A stretch of DNA of 44,710 nucleotides, taken from the IMG/VR virus record IMGVR_UViG_3300024254_000012, positions 1 to 44,710 of that record. One strand, given 5' to 3'. Shown here piece after piece: positions 7,002-15,480 of this stretch; position 1 is the first letter of the stretch, and each line of letters begins with the position of its first letter. The notes below the pieces were generated by a model. That model searched no databases, was not told the origin of the DNA, and saw only the letters and a program-made list of their open reading frames with translations. Position numbers and translations under genes: made by a program. The DNA is from a virus. Taxonomy: Duplodnaviria > Caudoviricetes.

Positions 7002-8019
7002 CGGCACCGGCATCTCCTGGACGGACGCCACGTGGAATCCAGTGCGTGGCTGCTCTCGCATGAGCGAGGGGTGTCGCAACTGCTATGCGGAGCGCGTCGC
7101 GGCGCGGTTCTCGGATCCGGGTATGCCGTACCACGGGCTCGCGCGGCGCGTGCTCAAGACTGCCGGCGCGTCCCAGCCGCGGTGGACCGGAGACGTTCGC
7201 ATGGTGCACGAGCATCTCGCCGATCCACTGCGGTGGAGGAAGCCACGGCGGATCTTCGTCAACTCGATGTCCGACGTGTTCCACGAGAAACTGACGAACG
7301 AGCAGATCGCCGCCGTGTTCGGCGTGATGGCGGCCGCGCCGCAGCACACGTTCCAGGTGCTGACAAAGCGCGCGAAGCGGATGCGCGAGTGGTTCGAGTG
7401 GATGTCGCTCGAGGAGAACTTCTCGCCGAACGCGACCATGCACGTCGAGGCAGCACCCGACATCGACGATGACGACGACAACACGATCTGTGAGCGCATT
7501 CTCGATGCGGACTGGCCGCTGCCCAACGTCTGGCTAGGCGTCAGCGTCGAGAGCCAGACCGCCGCTGACGAGCGTATCCCCGAGCTGCTCGCCACGCCGG
7601 CGGCGGTTCGCTTCCTGTCGTGCGAGCCGCTTATCGAGCGAGTAAACCTATGTCACCTCGACAACGATGCCGTTGGCGGCGAGTGGTGCCAGGTAAACGG
7701 GCTTACCGGCGAGCAGACCGATATGGGGCGCCCGTGCCCAAGTCTCGTCAACCGCATCGACTGGGTAATCGCCGGATGCGAGTCCGGGCCCGGCGCGCGA
7801 CCATGCGACGTCGACTGGCTTCGTTCGCTGCGCGATCAGTGCACTGCGGCGCACGTACCCTTCTTCCTGAAGCAGGCGGTCGAGCAGGCCGTCGAACGAG
7901 CTGCTTCGATCGATGCCATCGTGATGGGCACCGGATCGAAGCGCAAGGGCTGCGGTCTCATCGAACTGCCCTATCTCGACGGCGTTCAGCACGCCGACTT
8001 CCCGAGGGAGCGAGCATGA
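6994..8019 (+). CDS. DUF5131 / phage Gp37-Gp68 family protein (three-Cys, radical-SAM-like)
   Basis: ISWTDATWNPVRGCSRMSEGCRNCYA, IFVNSMSDVFH, HTFQVLTKR, NVWLGVSVE, RFLSCEPL, WVIAGCESGPGARP, PFFLKQ. Confidence 0.93.
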   Translation: MADGTGISWTDATWNPVRGCSRMSEGCRNCYAERVAARFSDPGMPYHGLARRVLKTAGASQPRWTGDVRMVHEHLADPLRWRKPRRIFVNSMSDVFHEKLTNEQIAAVFGVMAAAPQHTFQVLTKRAKRMREWFEWMSLEENFSPNATMHVEAAPDIDDDDDNTICERILDADWPLPNVWLGVSVESQTAADERIPELLATPAAVRFLSCEPLIERVNLCHLDNDAVGGEWCQVNGLTGEQTDMGRPCPSLVNRIDWVIAGCESGPGARPCDVDWLRSLRDQCTAAHVPFFLKQAVEQAVERAASIDAIVMGTGSKRKGCGLIELPYLDGVQHADFPRERA

Positions 8020-8168
8020 AAGTCACCCGCACCGCCGACGGCTGGCTCGTGTTCAAGGAGGGCAAGCGCGAGGTGATTCGCGTGAAGCTGCCCGAGGGCG
8101 GCATGACACGCGCCGATCTAAAGGCGTTCGAGAAGCACCTCATCGCGCATCTACACGGGGCGAACTGA
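8016..8168 (+). CDS. Small hypothetical protein (50 aa)
   Basis: MKVTRTADGWLVFKEGK...; ATGA overlap and GGAG RBS. Confidence 0.6.
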   Translation: MKVTRTADGWLVFKEGKREVIRVKLPEGGMTRADLKAFEKHLIAHLHGAN

Positions 8169-8449
8169 TGAAGCGCTGTAACCATGCTCGCGGCTTTCTC
8201 GCGCACCGCTCGCTCGCGGTGACGTTTCGGGGCTGCGTCGGCCAGCGCCGCCTCGTCGACGCGAAGATCTGCGTCGAGTGCGGCGAGATGTTCTCTCTCG
8301 GCCCGAGCAACGACGACTCGCCAGAGGTGCAGCTTGAGATCGCCCTGGCTGACCTGATTGCGATCAACTTGGCCCTGTGGGAGCCGGGGCGCGCACACGA
8401 TCAACGAGTCGCGATCGTCGTCGAATACTGGCGAGGAGTATCACCATGA
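8168..8449 (+). CDS. Hypothetical protein (CxH...CxxC)
   Basis: TGATG coupling to the upstream gene. Confidence 0.6.
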   Translation: MKRCNHARGFLAHRSLAVTFRGCVGQRRLVDAKICVECGEMFSLGPSNDDSPEVQLEIALADLIAINLALWEPGRAHDQRVAIVVEYWRGVSP

Positions 8450-8760
8450 AGTTCTACTGCCACCGCACGCCGACGATCATGGACGGGCTCGTGCTGCGCT
8501 GGAACCCGGCCGGCAACCTCGATGCCGAGATCAGCGCGAGCCGCAATGGCGTCGCGATCAGTGGCTACTGGGATTTTCGATCACCGACGATGATCGCGTC
8601 GTTCCGGCTGATCCTCGCCTACGCCGAGGAGGCTCGTCTCGCACTCGGACAGGACAAGACGCCGGCGCGCTACGAGAACGAGATCGACGTCAAGTTTGGC
8701 GACACGCTCGAGGACGTGGTGGCGCGGCACGAGCAGGCGGCGAAGGAGTCGGCGACGTGA
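8446..8760 (+). CDS. Hypothetical protein
   Basis: GAGGAG RBS and ATGA overlap; MKFYCHRTP... Confidence 0.65.
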   Translation: MKFYCHRTPTIMDGLVLRWNPAGNLDAEISASRNGVAISGYWDFRSPTMIASFRLILAYAEEARLALGQDKTPARYENEIDVKFGDTLEDVVARHEQAAKESAT

Positions 8761-9392
8761 TCTCCGCTCTCTTCGTCGAGACGAACGGCTGCTACTACGA
8801 CTTGCCCGACGTCGATCCGTGGGACAAGGCGCGCGATGCGCGGTTGTACGCCGGTCCACACCCCGTGGTGGCGCATCCACCGTGCGAGCGCTGGGGACGT
8901 TACTGGAGCGGAGGTCCATCGGCGCGCGAACGTCGCTTGCTCGGCGATGACGGCGACTGCTTCGCCGCGGCACTGCGTGCGGTGCGGACATGGGGGGGCG
9001 TGCTCGAGCATCCTGAGGCCAGCAAGGCATGGCCGTGGTTCGGTATCCCGGTTCCGCCAAAGACCGGCGGATGGCAGTGGGCCGGCTGGGTTACGCGAGC
9101 TGGTCAATCCTGGACCTGTTGCGTCGAGCAAGGTCACTACGGTCACCCTGCGCGCAAGGCGACGTGGCTCTATGCGATCACCGAACATCGACCGGCCGAC
9201 CTGATTTGGGGCGCGTCGAACGGCGTCCGTCTTGACGAGGGATTCCACTCGAAGGCTGAACGTGACGCGGCTCGCGCGGCGGGTGCGACGCCGATCCGCA
9301 GGTTGTCGAAGGCCGAGAACGTGGCCACGCCGCCGGCGTTTCGTGACGTCCTGATCGGCATCGCGTCTTCGGCTATTCGGAGGGCAGCATGA
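8757..9392 (+). CDS. Short C5-cytosine methyltransferase-like protein
   Basis: VVAHPPC (catalytic PC, motif IV), VLEHP (motif VI-like), QGHYGHPARKATWLY (motif VIII-like), TPPAFRDVL (motif X-like). The SAM-binding FxGxG motif is degenerate (ALFVETNG). Confidence 0.65.
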   Translation: MISALFVETNGCYYDLPDVDPWDKARDARLYAGPHPVVAHPPCERWGRYWSGGPSARERRLLGDDGDCFAAALRAVRTWGGVLEHPEASKAWPWFGIPVPPKTGGWQWAGWVTRAGQSWTCCVEQGHYGHPARKATWLYAITEHRPADLIWGASNGVRLDEGFHSKAERDAARAAGATPIRRLSKAENVATPPAFRDVLIGIASSAIRRAA

Positions 9393-9610
9393 TCGCCGGC
9401 TGCTACGACCTGCACCTCTACTGCGATGGAGTCGGATGCGTAGCCGGTGAGTACGGCTTCCGATCCGAGGGCGAGTTCACCGGAGACGAGACCGGCGCAC
9501 GTGCTCGGGCGCGAGCACGTAAACGCGGCTGGAAGTTGCTGCGAAGTGGCCATGCGCTCTGTCCGTCGTGCGTCAAGCGAGACGCGGCGATCGACCAGGA
9601 GGCCGCATGA
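9389..9610 (+). CDS. Small Zn-finger protein
   Basis: YCDGVGC...ARKRGW...LCPSC. Confidence 0.65.
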   Translation: MIAGCYDLHLYCDGVGCVAGEYGFRSEGEFTGDETGARARARARKRGWKLLRSGHALCPSCVKRDAAIDQEAA

Positions 9611-9801
9611 AAGCGCCGTCCTCCCTCGAGTCTGCGATCTACGCAGCCGCGTTCGTGGTGCTCGTCGAAGTGCACGGCCAGGACGAGGACGTCGCGATCG
9701 CACGCGCGGAGCAGATCGTTCAACTCCACCGAAAGGCCCGAGCGCGACGAGACGGGAAGAAGCGCCGATCTCAAGCTACCAGCCGGGGCGGGCGGCGGTG
9801 A
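9607..9801 (+). CDS. Small hypothetical protein
   Basis: GGAGG RBS; ATGA and GTGA overlaps. Confidence 0.55.
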   Translation: MKAPSSLESAIYAAAFVVLVEVHGQDEDVAIARAEQIVQLHRKARARRDGKKRRSQATSRGGRR

Positions 9802-10472
9802 GCACCTTCGTCAACAACGGACTCGTGACCGACGTCGGCTCGACAGGTACCGCGACGTTCAGTCCGTGTCGTCGATATCGCTACGCATTGACACGCGAGA
9901 TCGAGAAGGGGACGCGGCGTATCTGCACGTTCATCATGCTGAACCCGTCGACCGCGGATGCGTTCACCTTGGATCCGACGATCCGCCGCTGCCTTGGATT
10001 CGCGAAGCGCGAGCACTGCACCGCGCTGTGGGTCGTTAACCTGTTCGCCTGGCGCGCGACCAAGCCGAAAGATCTGGAAGGCGTTGATGACCCATACGGT
10101 CCAGAGAACGAGCATTTCATTCGTAATGCGATTCGCGGCGCGCAGCTTGTCATCGCGGCATGGGGTGCATTCAGGCCGAGGTCGCACGGCAACGCTCACA
10201 ACGTCCCGCGCACGCTCGCATGGTCGGCCAACCGCGAGTTGATGGCGCTCAAGATTAGCAACGGCAATCCTTCGCACCCGCTGTACCTCAAGGCCGACTC
10301 GCCGCTGGTCGTCTATTCGCACTGCGCCCATGTATTCGTCGGCCATGACCGACAGTGCGTGAAGTGCTTGCACGACTGCTCTCCGGCCGGGCTCGCAGCA
10401 CGTGATGCGCGAGCCGTTAGCCTGGACGGTCAGCAGACGCTCCACGAGGCGCTGCATCCGGAGGCGGGGTGA
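9798..10472 (+). CDS. DUF1643 family protein
   Basis: FSPCRRYRYALTR, FIMLNPSTADA..LDPTIRRC, VVNLFAWRAT.P, VIAAWG, PSHPLY. Confidence 0.9.
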   Translation: MSTFVNNGLVTDVGSTGTATFSPCRRYRYALTREIEKGTRRICTFIMLNPSTADAFTLDPTIRRCLGFAKREHCTALWVVNLFAWRATKPKDLEGVDDPYGPENEHFIRNAIRGAQLVIAAWGAFRPRSHGNAHNVPRTLAWSANRELMALKISNGNPSHPLYLKADSPLVVYSHCAHVFVGHDRQCVKCLHDCSPAGLAARDARAVSLDGQQTLHEALHPEAG

Positions 10473-10663
10473 GTCAGACGGCGCAACAGATCCGCGATCT
10501 CGAACGCGTCATCGCCGAGGCAGCGATCGGCATGGAATCCGGCGATCGGATCGGCAGCGTCAAGGTGCATTACTCCGACGGCTCCGCGCGCTGGCTTGTC
10601 GATGTCGTTGCGGATCTCGCCGTCCTCTATTCGCTTCGGGATTCCAGGCGGCGCAAGCGATGA
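10469..10663 (+). CDS. Small hypothetical protein
   Basis: GGAGG RBS; overlaps at both ends. Confidence 0.6.
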   Translation: MSQTAQQIRDLERVIAEAAIGMESGDRIGSVKVHYSDGSARWLVDVVADLAVLYSLRDSRRRKR

Positions 10664-11286
10664 CGGACGTCGAGCTCGCCCAGGCGCTCGCTCTTGGCGC
10701 GTGCAAGTTCACGCCAGGATCGACCGCGAAGCGCTTCGTCGCCCAGATGGCCGGCTACGCGAGAAGCAATCCCAGCTACGAGATGTCGTCCAAAGCTGCC
10801 GCCTTCCTCGACCGACTCGCGCATCAGTACCGCAAGCAGATCGGGCGCTGCATGTCCGTCGTGTGCGCTACGTGCCAGCCCCCAATCGATCACGCCACCG
10901 CGATGGTGATGATCGATGCGCTGATCGAGCGCCGTCACGACTTCGATGATGATGCGCGACTGAGCGTCTGGCCGCGGAGCGCGCTCGCTCGCTACAACAC
11001 GATCCACGGCACAACGTTCGCGCATCCGTACGAGTACGCTACCAAGGTTGCAGCGAACAACCGCCGCCGTCACACGCTCGGCGATGTCTACTGCCGGTTC
11101 TGTGGCGAGCAGCTGTTCGCCCAGGTCAAGCAACCGCACAAGCTGATCGCTGGAGACGCCGAGGCGACACGGCATCTAACGATCTGCGCGCTGCAGGTGC
11201 TCGCGGGAATGCGGCAGCCAGCCAAACCGAAGCACCGAGCGTTGCCGATGGAGTTGTTCTGGCAACCGAACTCGTGGCCGTCGTGA
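10660..11286 (+). CDS. Hypothetical protein with Cys clusters
   Basis: ATGA overlap; MTDVELAQALALGACKFTPGSTAKRF...; CATC and CRFC motifs. Confidence 0.65.
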   Translation: MTDVELAQALALGACKFTPGSTAKRFVAQMAGYARSNPSYEMSSKAAAFLDRLAHQYRKQIGRCMSVVCATCQPPIDHATAMVMIDALIERRHDFDDDARLSVWPRSALARYNTIHGTTFAHPYEYATKVAANNRRRHTLGDVYCRFCGEQLFAQVKQPHKLIAGDAEATRHLTICALQVLAGMRQPAKPKHRALPMELFWQPNSWPS

Positions 11287-11564
11287 CGATCGAGGACCTC
11301 ATCCGCTCGATCGTTCGCGACGAGCTCGCGAAGACCAAGCCTGCCAACGACGACCAAACCGGCGAGCATCTGACCGTGGCCGCGTTCGCGCGCCGACTCT
11401 CGATCTCCGAGCGCACGGTCCGCGATGCGATCCGCGAGCGTCGCCTCGAGCACGTGCGCATCGGCCGTTCGGTGCGGATCCCGGCGGTCGCACGCATCGA
11501 GCCACGGGTTGACGAAGCCACCAAGCGAGCCCGGCTCACGCTCCTCGGATCCGGAAGGCGGTAG
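11274..11564 (+). CDS. xis: Excisionase-like HTH protein
   Basis: HLTVAAFARRLSISERTVRDAIRERRLEHVRIGRSVRIP (HTH_17-type), directly upstream of the integrase. Confidence 0.85.
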   Translation: MAVVTIEDLIRSIVRDELAKTKPANDDQTGEHLTVAAFARRLSISERTVRDAIRERRLEHVRIGRSVRIPAVARIEPRVDEATKRARLTLLGSGRR

Positions 11565-11565
11565 C

Positions 11566-12759
11566 ATGCTCGGAATGACCTCGATCATCGCGCGCGGTCG
11601 CGTCCTCTACGCCAAGCTCAAGGCGGTCGACGGCGAGTGGAAGCGCGTCGCGACCCCGTTCTGCAAGGGCGACGAGGAACGCGCGGCCGCGTGGGCCGCC
11701 GATCGTCAGCGCGAGGTCGACCACGAGCGCGCCCGGCTGGCACGGTTCGCTGGTGGTCCGTTGACCGTCTCCGTGTACGCGGACCAGTGGCTCGACGCCC
11801 GCACCACCAAGACCGTAAACGACGATCGGACTCGCATCGAGAAACACGCGCTGCCTCGCATCGGGCATCTGCTGTTGACCGAGGTCAGACCGCGGCACCT
11901 TCGCGAGCTCGTGCTCGAACTCCGCAAGGAGGCCAAGCTCTCGCCGAAGTCGATCCGCGAGGTCGCGTCGATCCTTCACACGATGTTCAAGGACGCGATA
12001 TTCGACGAGCTCATCGTCGCCAACCCGGCCATCTTCAAGCGTGGCGTCCTGCCGAAGAAGCAGGATAAGGATCCGGCGTGGCGCGCGCAGGCCATCTTCA
12101 CGCGCGCCGAGATCGAGCAGATCCTCAGCGACGTGCGGATCCCGGAAGATCGACGCGTCATCTACGCGCTCAAGTTCTTCTGCGGCCGACACACCGAGGT
12201 CCTATCGTCGCCGTGGTCGCGGTACGACGCGACGACCGAGCCGCTCGGCACGCTGCACGTCGTCGAGACCAAGTCCGGCGTGCCTCGCGCCGTCCCCGTG
12301 CATCCGACGCTCGCAAAGATCCTCGCGGCGTGGAAGCTCGGCGGCTGGGAGCGCACGTACGGCAGCGCGCCGACGAGCGAGGATCTAATCGTTCGCACGC
12401 GCCGCGCCGGCAACTGCTATCGGGCGGCCGACACGCAGGTCCGCTTCGTCGAGGACCTAGGCAAGCTGCAGCTCCGTCAGAAGGCGAGTACGCGCAATCG
12501 GCGCGGTCACGACCTGCGTCGCACCTTGATCACGCTCGCGCGATCTGACGGCGCCATCGATTCGCTGCTCCGCTACGTCACGCACGGGCCGCGACCGAGC
12601 GAGATCCTCGACGTGTACTCGAGCCCGCCGTGGGCCGACCTGTGCCGCGAGATCGCGAAGCTGAACGTGCGACTCCTCGAGGGAAAAGTGGTCGAGCTAC
12701 ACGGGGACCTTGGTCCAAGCTTGGTCCAAGGTCCGCAAGATACTGAAGCTGCTAACTAA
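11566..12759 (+). CDS. int: Tyrosine recombinase / phage integrase
   Basis: Catalytic residues CGRHTE (R), TKSG (K), HDLRRT (HxxR), THG (H) and DVY (Y); core-binding region LPRIGHLLLTEVRPRHL. Alternative start at 11575. Confidence 0.93.
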   Translation: MLGMTSIIARGRVLYAKLKAVDGEWKRVATPFCKGDEERAAAWAADRQREVDHERARLARFAGGPLTVSVYADQWLDARTTKTVNDDRTRIEKHALPRIGHLLLTEVRPRHLRELVLELRKEAKLSPKSIREVASILHTMFKDAIFDELIVANPAIFKRGVLPKKQDKDPAWRAQAIFTRAEIEQILSDVRIPEDRRVIYALKFFCGRHTEVLSSPWSRYDATTEPLGTLHVVETKSGVPRAVPVHPTLAKILAAWKLGGWERTYGSAPTSEDLIVRTRRAGNCYRAADTQVRFVEDLGKLQLRQKASTRNRRGHDLRRTLITLARSDGAIDSLLRYVTHGPRPSEILDVYSSPPWADLCREIAKLNVRLLEGKVVELHGDLGPSLVQGPQDTEAAN

Positions 12760-12887
12760 AATGAGCGACCCCGACGGGATTCGAACCCGGCCAAAACGTC
12801 AGACCGTTCCATCTGACGCCATTGATTCATGGAGGTTGCATCGGCGTGATCGGCGCCCAGCGGAACCGACTGGACCACGTTGGACCA
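12709..12887. other. attP region: tRNA 3'-end core (12765-12789) with flanking arm-type repeats
   Basis: Reverse complement of 12765-12789 is CGGG-TTCGAAT-CCCG-T-CGGGGTC-GC (T-arm plus acceptor 3' strand, tRNA-Glu-like). CTTGGTCCAAG occurs twice at 12709-12730 and the inverted TGGACCA twice at 12871-12887. Confidence 0.8.
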
Positions 12888-12917
12888 TAGATCAGACCCA
12901 CGCCCTATCCTCTCGCG

Positions 12918-13105
12918 ATGCCCTGGACGAAAGCCGACGAGCGACAGGCCGAGCGGATGGCCGACTCACTCGCACGCCGCCGCGTGATGCCACCGAAGCT
13001 CGTCCCGCCGCCCGGTTGCCCGGACGACGCTCCACCGCCTCCTGCGCCACGCGAAGCGCTCCGGCAGAACGGCGCGCGTTGGCTCGGTTCGGTCGCCGGC
13101 GCTAG
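12918..13105 (+). CDS. Small Pro-rich protein (about 62 aa; needs one added base near 13067)
   Basis: TATCCT lies 6 nt before the ATG. Restoring CAG(G)AA gives ...EALRQERRALARFGRRR*, which ends tail-to-tail with the endolysin. Confidence 0.4.
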
Positions 13106-13671
13106 CTCTGCGCCCACACGTTCACGTACGGTTGCGGATCGACCGGCCAGTCGCCGACGTTCGACTTCCCATCGGGAAGCCACACCTCGAAGTGCAGGTG
13201 ACGCAGGTGCGGATCGTTGCTCGGATCGCCGCCCATCGTGCCGAGCACGTCGCCGGCCTGGACCTCGTCACCGTGCTGCCAGCCGCGCGCGAACGCGATC
13301 ATGTGCTGGTAGAACGTCAGCATCCCGACACCGCCGACCTTGCCGTGGTCGAGCTCGATGCTGAGCCCGAGCGCGGTGCGCTTCGCCGCCCAGATCTTGC
13401 CCGGGCCGGCGGCGCGCACGAGCGTGCCGGGCCACGTGATCCAGCCCGGGTTGCCGCCGTGCTTCGGGATCGCGACGTCGGTCGCCGGACCCGTCGGATC
13501 GGTCGGCACGCGCGGGAACATCAGGTCGAGACCGAGGTGCGTCGCGTAGTTCAGCGCGCCGCTCGGAAGGTAGCGGTTGCCGCCTTCGAACTCGTGCGAG
13601 ACGACGGGCTTGCGACCGTTCGTGATCGGCACTGGCCAGACCCAGCCAGCGAAGTTGGTTGCGTCGATCAT
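13102..13671 (-). CDS. M23 family peptidase, probable endolysin
   Basis: WVWPVP, HLGLDL (HxxxD), VRAAGPGKI, TFYQHM, VQAGDVLGTMG, HLHFEV (HxH); GGAG RBS. Confidence 0.9.
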   Translation of the reverse strand: MIDATNFAGWVWPVPITNGRKPVVSHEFEGGNRYLPSGALNYATHLGLDLMFPRVPTDPTGPATDVAIPKHGGNPGWITWPGTLVRAAGPGKIWAAKRTALGLSIELDHGKVGGVGMLTFYQHMIAFARGWQHGDEVQAGDVLGTMGGDPSNDPHLRHLHFEVWLPDGKSNVGDWPVDPQPYVNVWAQS

Positions 13672-13895
13672 TCTCCGTATGCCTCCAGTTCGAGCCATTC
13701 GTGAAAGCTGCACGTCGTGGTCGCGCAGCGGAACGCCTCGAGGAGACGTCCGGCACTGATCGTGCCGATGAGCTCGTCGATGCCACCGCACCCCGGACAG
13801 CGCAGCGCCGGGCGGCCACTCGCAGTCTCGAGCGTGTACTCGCCGGGCTCGAGTGCGGCGACCGGACCGAGGTTGCGTGCGAGACGGAGCGCCAA
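13668..13895 (-). CDS. Small Zn-ribbon protein
   Basis: CPGCG...C....CSFH; coupled to the endolysin by ATGA. Confidence 0.55.
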   Translation of the reverse strand: MALRLARNLGPVAALEPGEYTLETASGRPALRCPGCGGIDELIGTISAGRLLEAFRCATTTCSFHEWLELEAYGE

Positions 13896-13964
13896 CTACT
13901 GCGCTCCGAGGAGCCAGCCGACGAAAGCCAGCACGGCAGCGAGTGCGGCGAAGAAGCGGATCAC
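13896..13964 (-). CDS. 22-aa single-TM peptide
   Basis: MIRFFAALAAVLAFVGWLLGAQ exactly fills the gap between neighbours, with a GTGA overlap. Confidence 0.4.
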   Translation of the reverse strand: MIRFFAALAAVLAFVGWLLGAQ

Positions 13965-14650
13965 GACGCGATCGCCGGCGACGAGCGTCGCACGCCTCTG
14001 CTGAGACCGAGCTCGGCAACGCGTCGGCGATACGAGCGCTGCTCGCCGAGCTGCGTCCAGCCCTTGATGGCGTCGTACACCTGCGCGTAGCCGCCCGGGC
14101 GCACCTCGAACGGCTTCGTCTGCAGGCCGAGGTAGTCGAACGTCACGCCCTCGAGGTCCTTGGGCGGTTCGAAGTTCGTCGGCAGATTGAAGTTGCTGAC
14201 GGTCACGCCGTCGATCTTGTAGGTGTCGGCCTCGACCTGGTCGCATGCCTCGAGAGCGGCGATACGGCCGTCGTCGAGCTGCACCAGGCGCCGGAGGTAC
14301 GGGTCGGCGAGAGCTTCGAGGATCTCGTGGCTAGCGCAGCTCGACCACTCGGAGCCATCCTCGAGACACAGCTCGGGGAACACGTAGAGGATCGGACAGC
14401 CGTCCTCGGTCTCGTCGTGATAGCCGAGCGCGCCTTCGATCGTCGGGACCTTGCGGAGCTCGAGCCGCCACTCGCCGGCGACCGATATGGTGACGCCGTG
14501 CACGACCGCGAGCTCGCCGGCGCCCCACCACGGCGCGAAGTCCTCGCGCACCTGCCGCTGCAGCGCAGCCGCGATCTCCTGGATGTCGCCGAGCGGTATG
14601 CCGCAGTCGACGTCGACAATCGCGATCGACGGGTTCTCGAGTCCCTTCAC
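13961..14650 (-). CDS. Putative zinc metallopeptidase-like protein (HExxE)
   Basis: ALGYHD, ASHEILEALADP, LEACDQVE, VSNF; the GTG start overlaps the upstream stop. Confidence 0.65.
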   Translation of the reverse strand: MKGLENPSIAIVDVDCGIPLGDIQEIAAALQRQVREDFAPWWGAGELAVVHGVTISVAGEWRLELRKVPTIEGALGYHDETEDGCPILYVFPELCLEDGSEWSSCASHEILEALADPYLRRLVQLDDGRIAALEACDQVEADTYKIDGVTVSNFNLPTNFEPPKDLEGVTFDYLGLQTKPFEVRPGGYAQVYDAIKGWTQLGEQRSYRRRVAELGLSRGVRRSSPAIAS

Positions 14651-15480
14651 GGTGAGCCCGCCGGCTTGAACTTCCACCCGTGGACCAGAATCGTCTCTCG
14701 CGCAGCTACGCCCAGCCGGTCGGGCTGCGCGGTCGATGCGCTACCCGATCCGGTCGTGGGAGCGGGGTGCTTCGCTTCGATCGCAGCCACTGAACACGCA
14801 ACGATGGGCGCGCCGTACTTGACGATCAGCGCTTCGAGCGCCGCGGAATCGCCACCGCTCGCGATCGTGGCCAGCGCGCCGCCAACGTCGATTGCGATCG
14901 CGACGACCGAGGTACCGGCCGTTGCGGCGCTCCCCTCGGCTTTCGCGCAGTCGATCACGTCCGTCACGACGGTGCCCGCGTCTTTCTTGATCGTCGACCA
15001 ACACGCGACGCCGGCGAGCGCGAGCACCGAAATGAACGTCATCAGCGGGCGCGACACGAAACCACCCTGCGCCGCCTTCGCCAACGACGGCGAGCTCGGT
15101 GCCGTGGGGCTCACGAGCTTGAACACCGCGGTAGCAAACACCGCGATAACGCCGGTCCAGTCGCCGTTGCCGAAGTGGGCATTGAGGACGGACGCGAAGA
15201 CGCCGAGTGCCGCGACGATGGCCGCGAGCGCTCGACCCTGGGCGATCCAGTGTGTCGAGTTGTTCTGCGCGAGGAACCACGAGACGCCTCCGTAGACGAT
15301 CAACATCCCGCCCCAGATCGGGCCGCACTGCGTGAACAGCGACAGCGCGCCATTCACCGACGTCGTTGCGGTCGTTACCGGATCGGCGACCGCTTGGGCG
15401 TGCGCGACGGCAGTGAGCGCCAGAAGCATGATGCCAGCGACGATGTAGCGGATCGGATTCGTTCTCTTCTTCATGGTCAT
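14647..15480 (-). CDS. Multi-TM membrane protein of the lysis cassette (holin/spanin candidate)
   Basis: Signal peptide (AHA|Q), three hydrophobic helices, then QGGF plus a hydrophobic stretch and LAGVAC. Confidence 0.6.
   Translation of the reverse strand: MTMKKRTNPIRYIVAGIMLLALTAVAHAQAVADPVTTATTSVNGALSLFTQCGPIWGGMLIVYGGVSWFLAQNNSTHWIAQGRALAAIVAALGVFASVLNAHFGNGDWTGVIAVFATAVFKLVSPTAPSSPSLAKAAQGGFVSRPLMTFISVLALAGVACWSTIKKDAGTVVTDVIDCAKAEGSAATAGTSVVAIAIDVGGALATIASGGDSAALEALIVKYGAPIVACSVAAIEAKHPAPTTGSGSASTAQPDRLGVAARETILVHGWKFKPAGSP

Noticed and set aside
12765-12789. Functional tRNA gene
   Set aside because: Only the T-arm and acceptor 3' strand are present, with no D or anticodon arm; it is interpreted as the att core.
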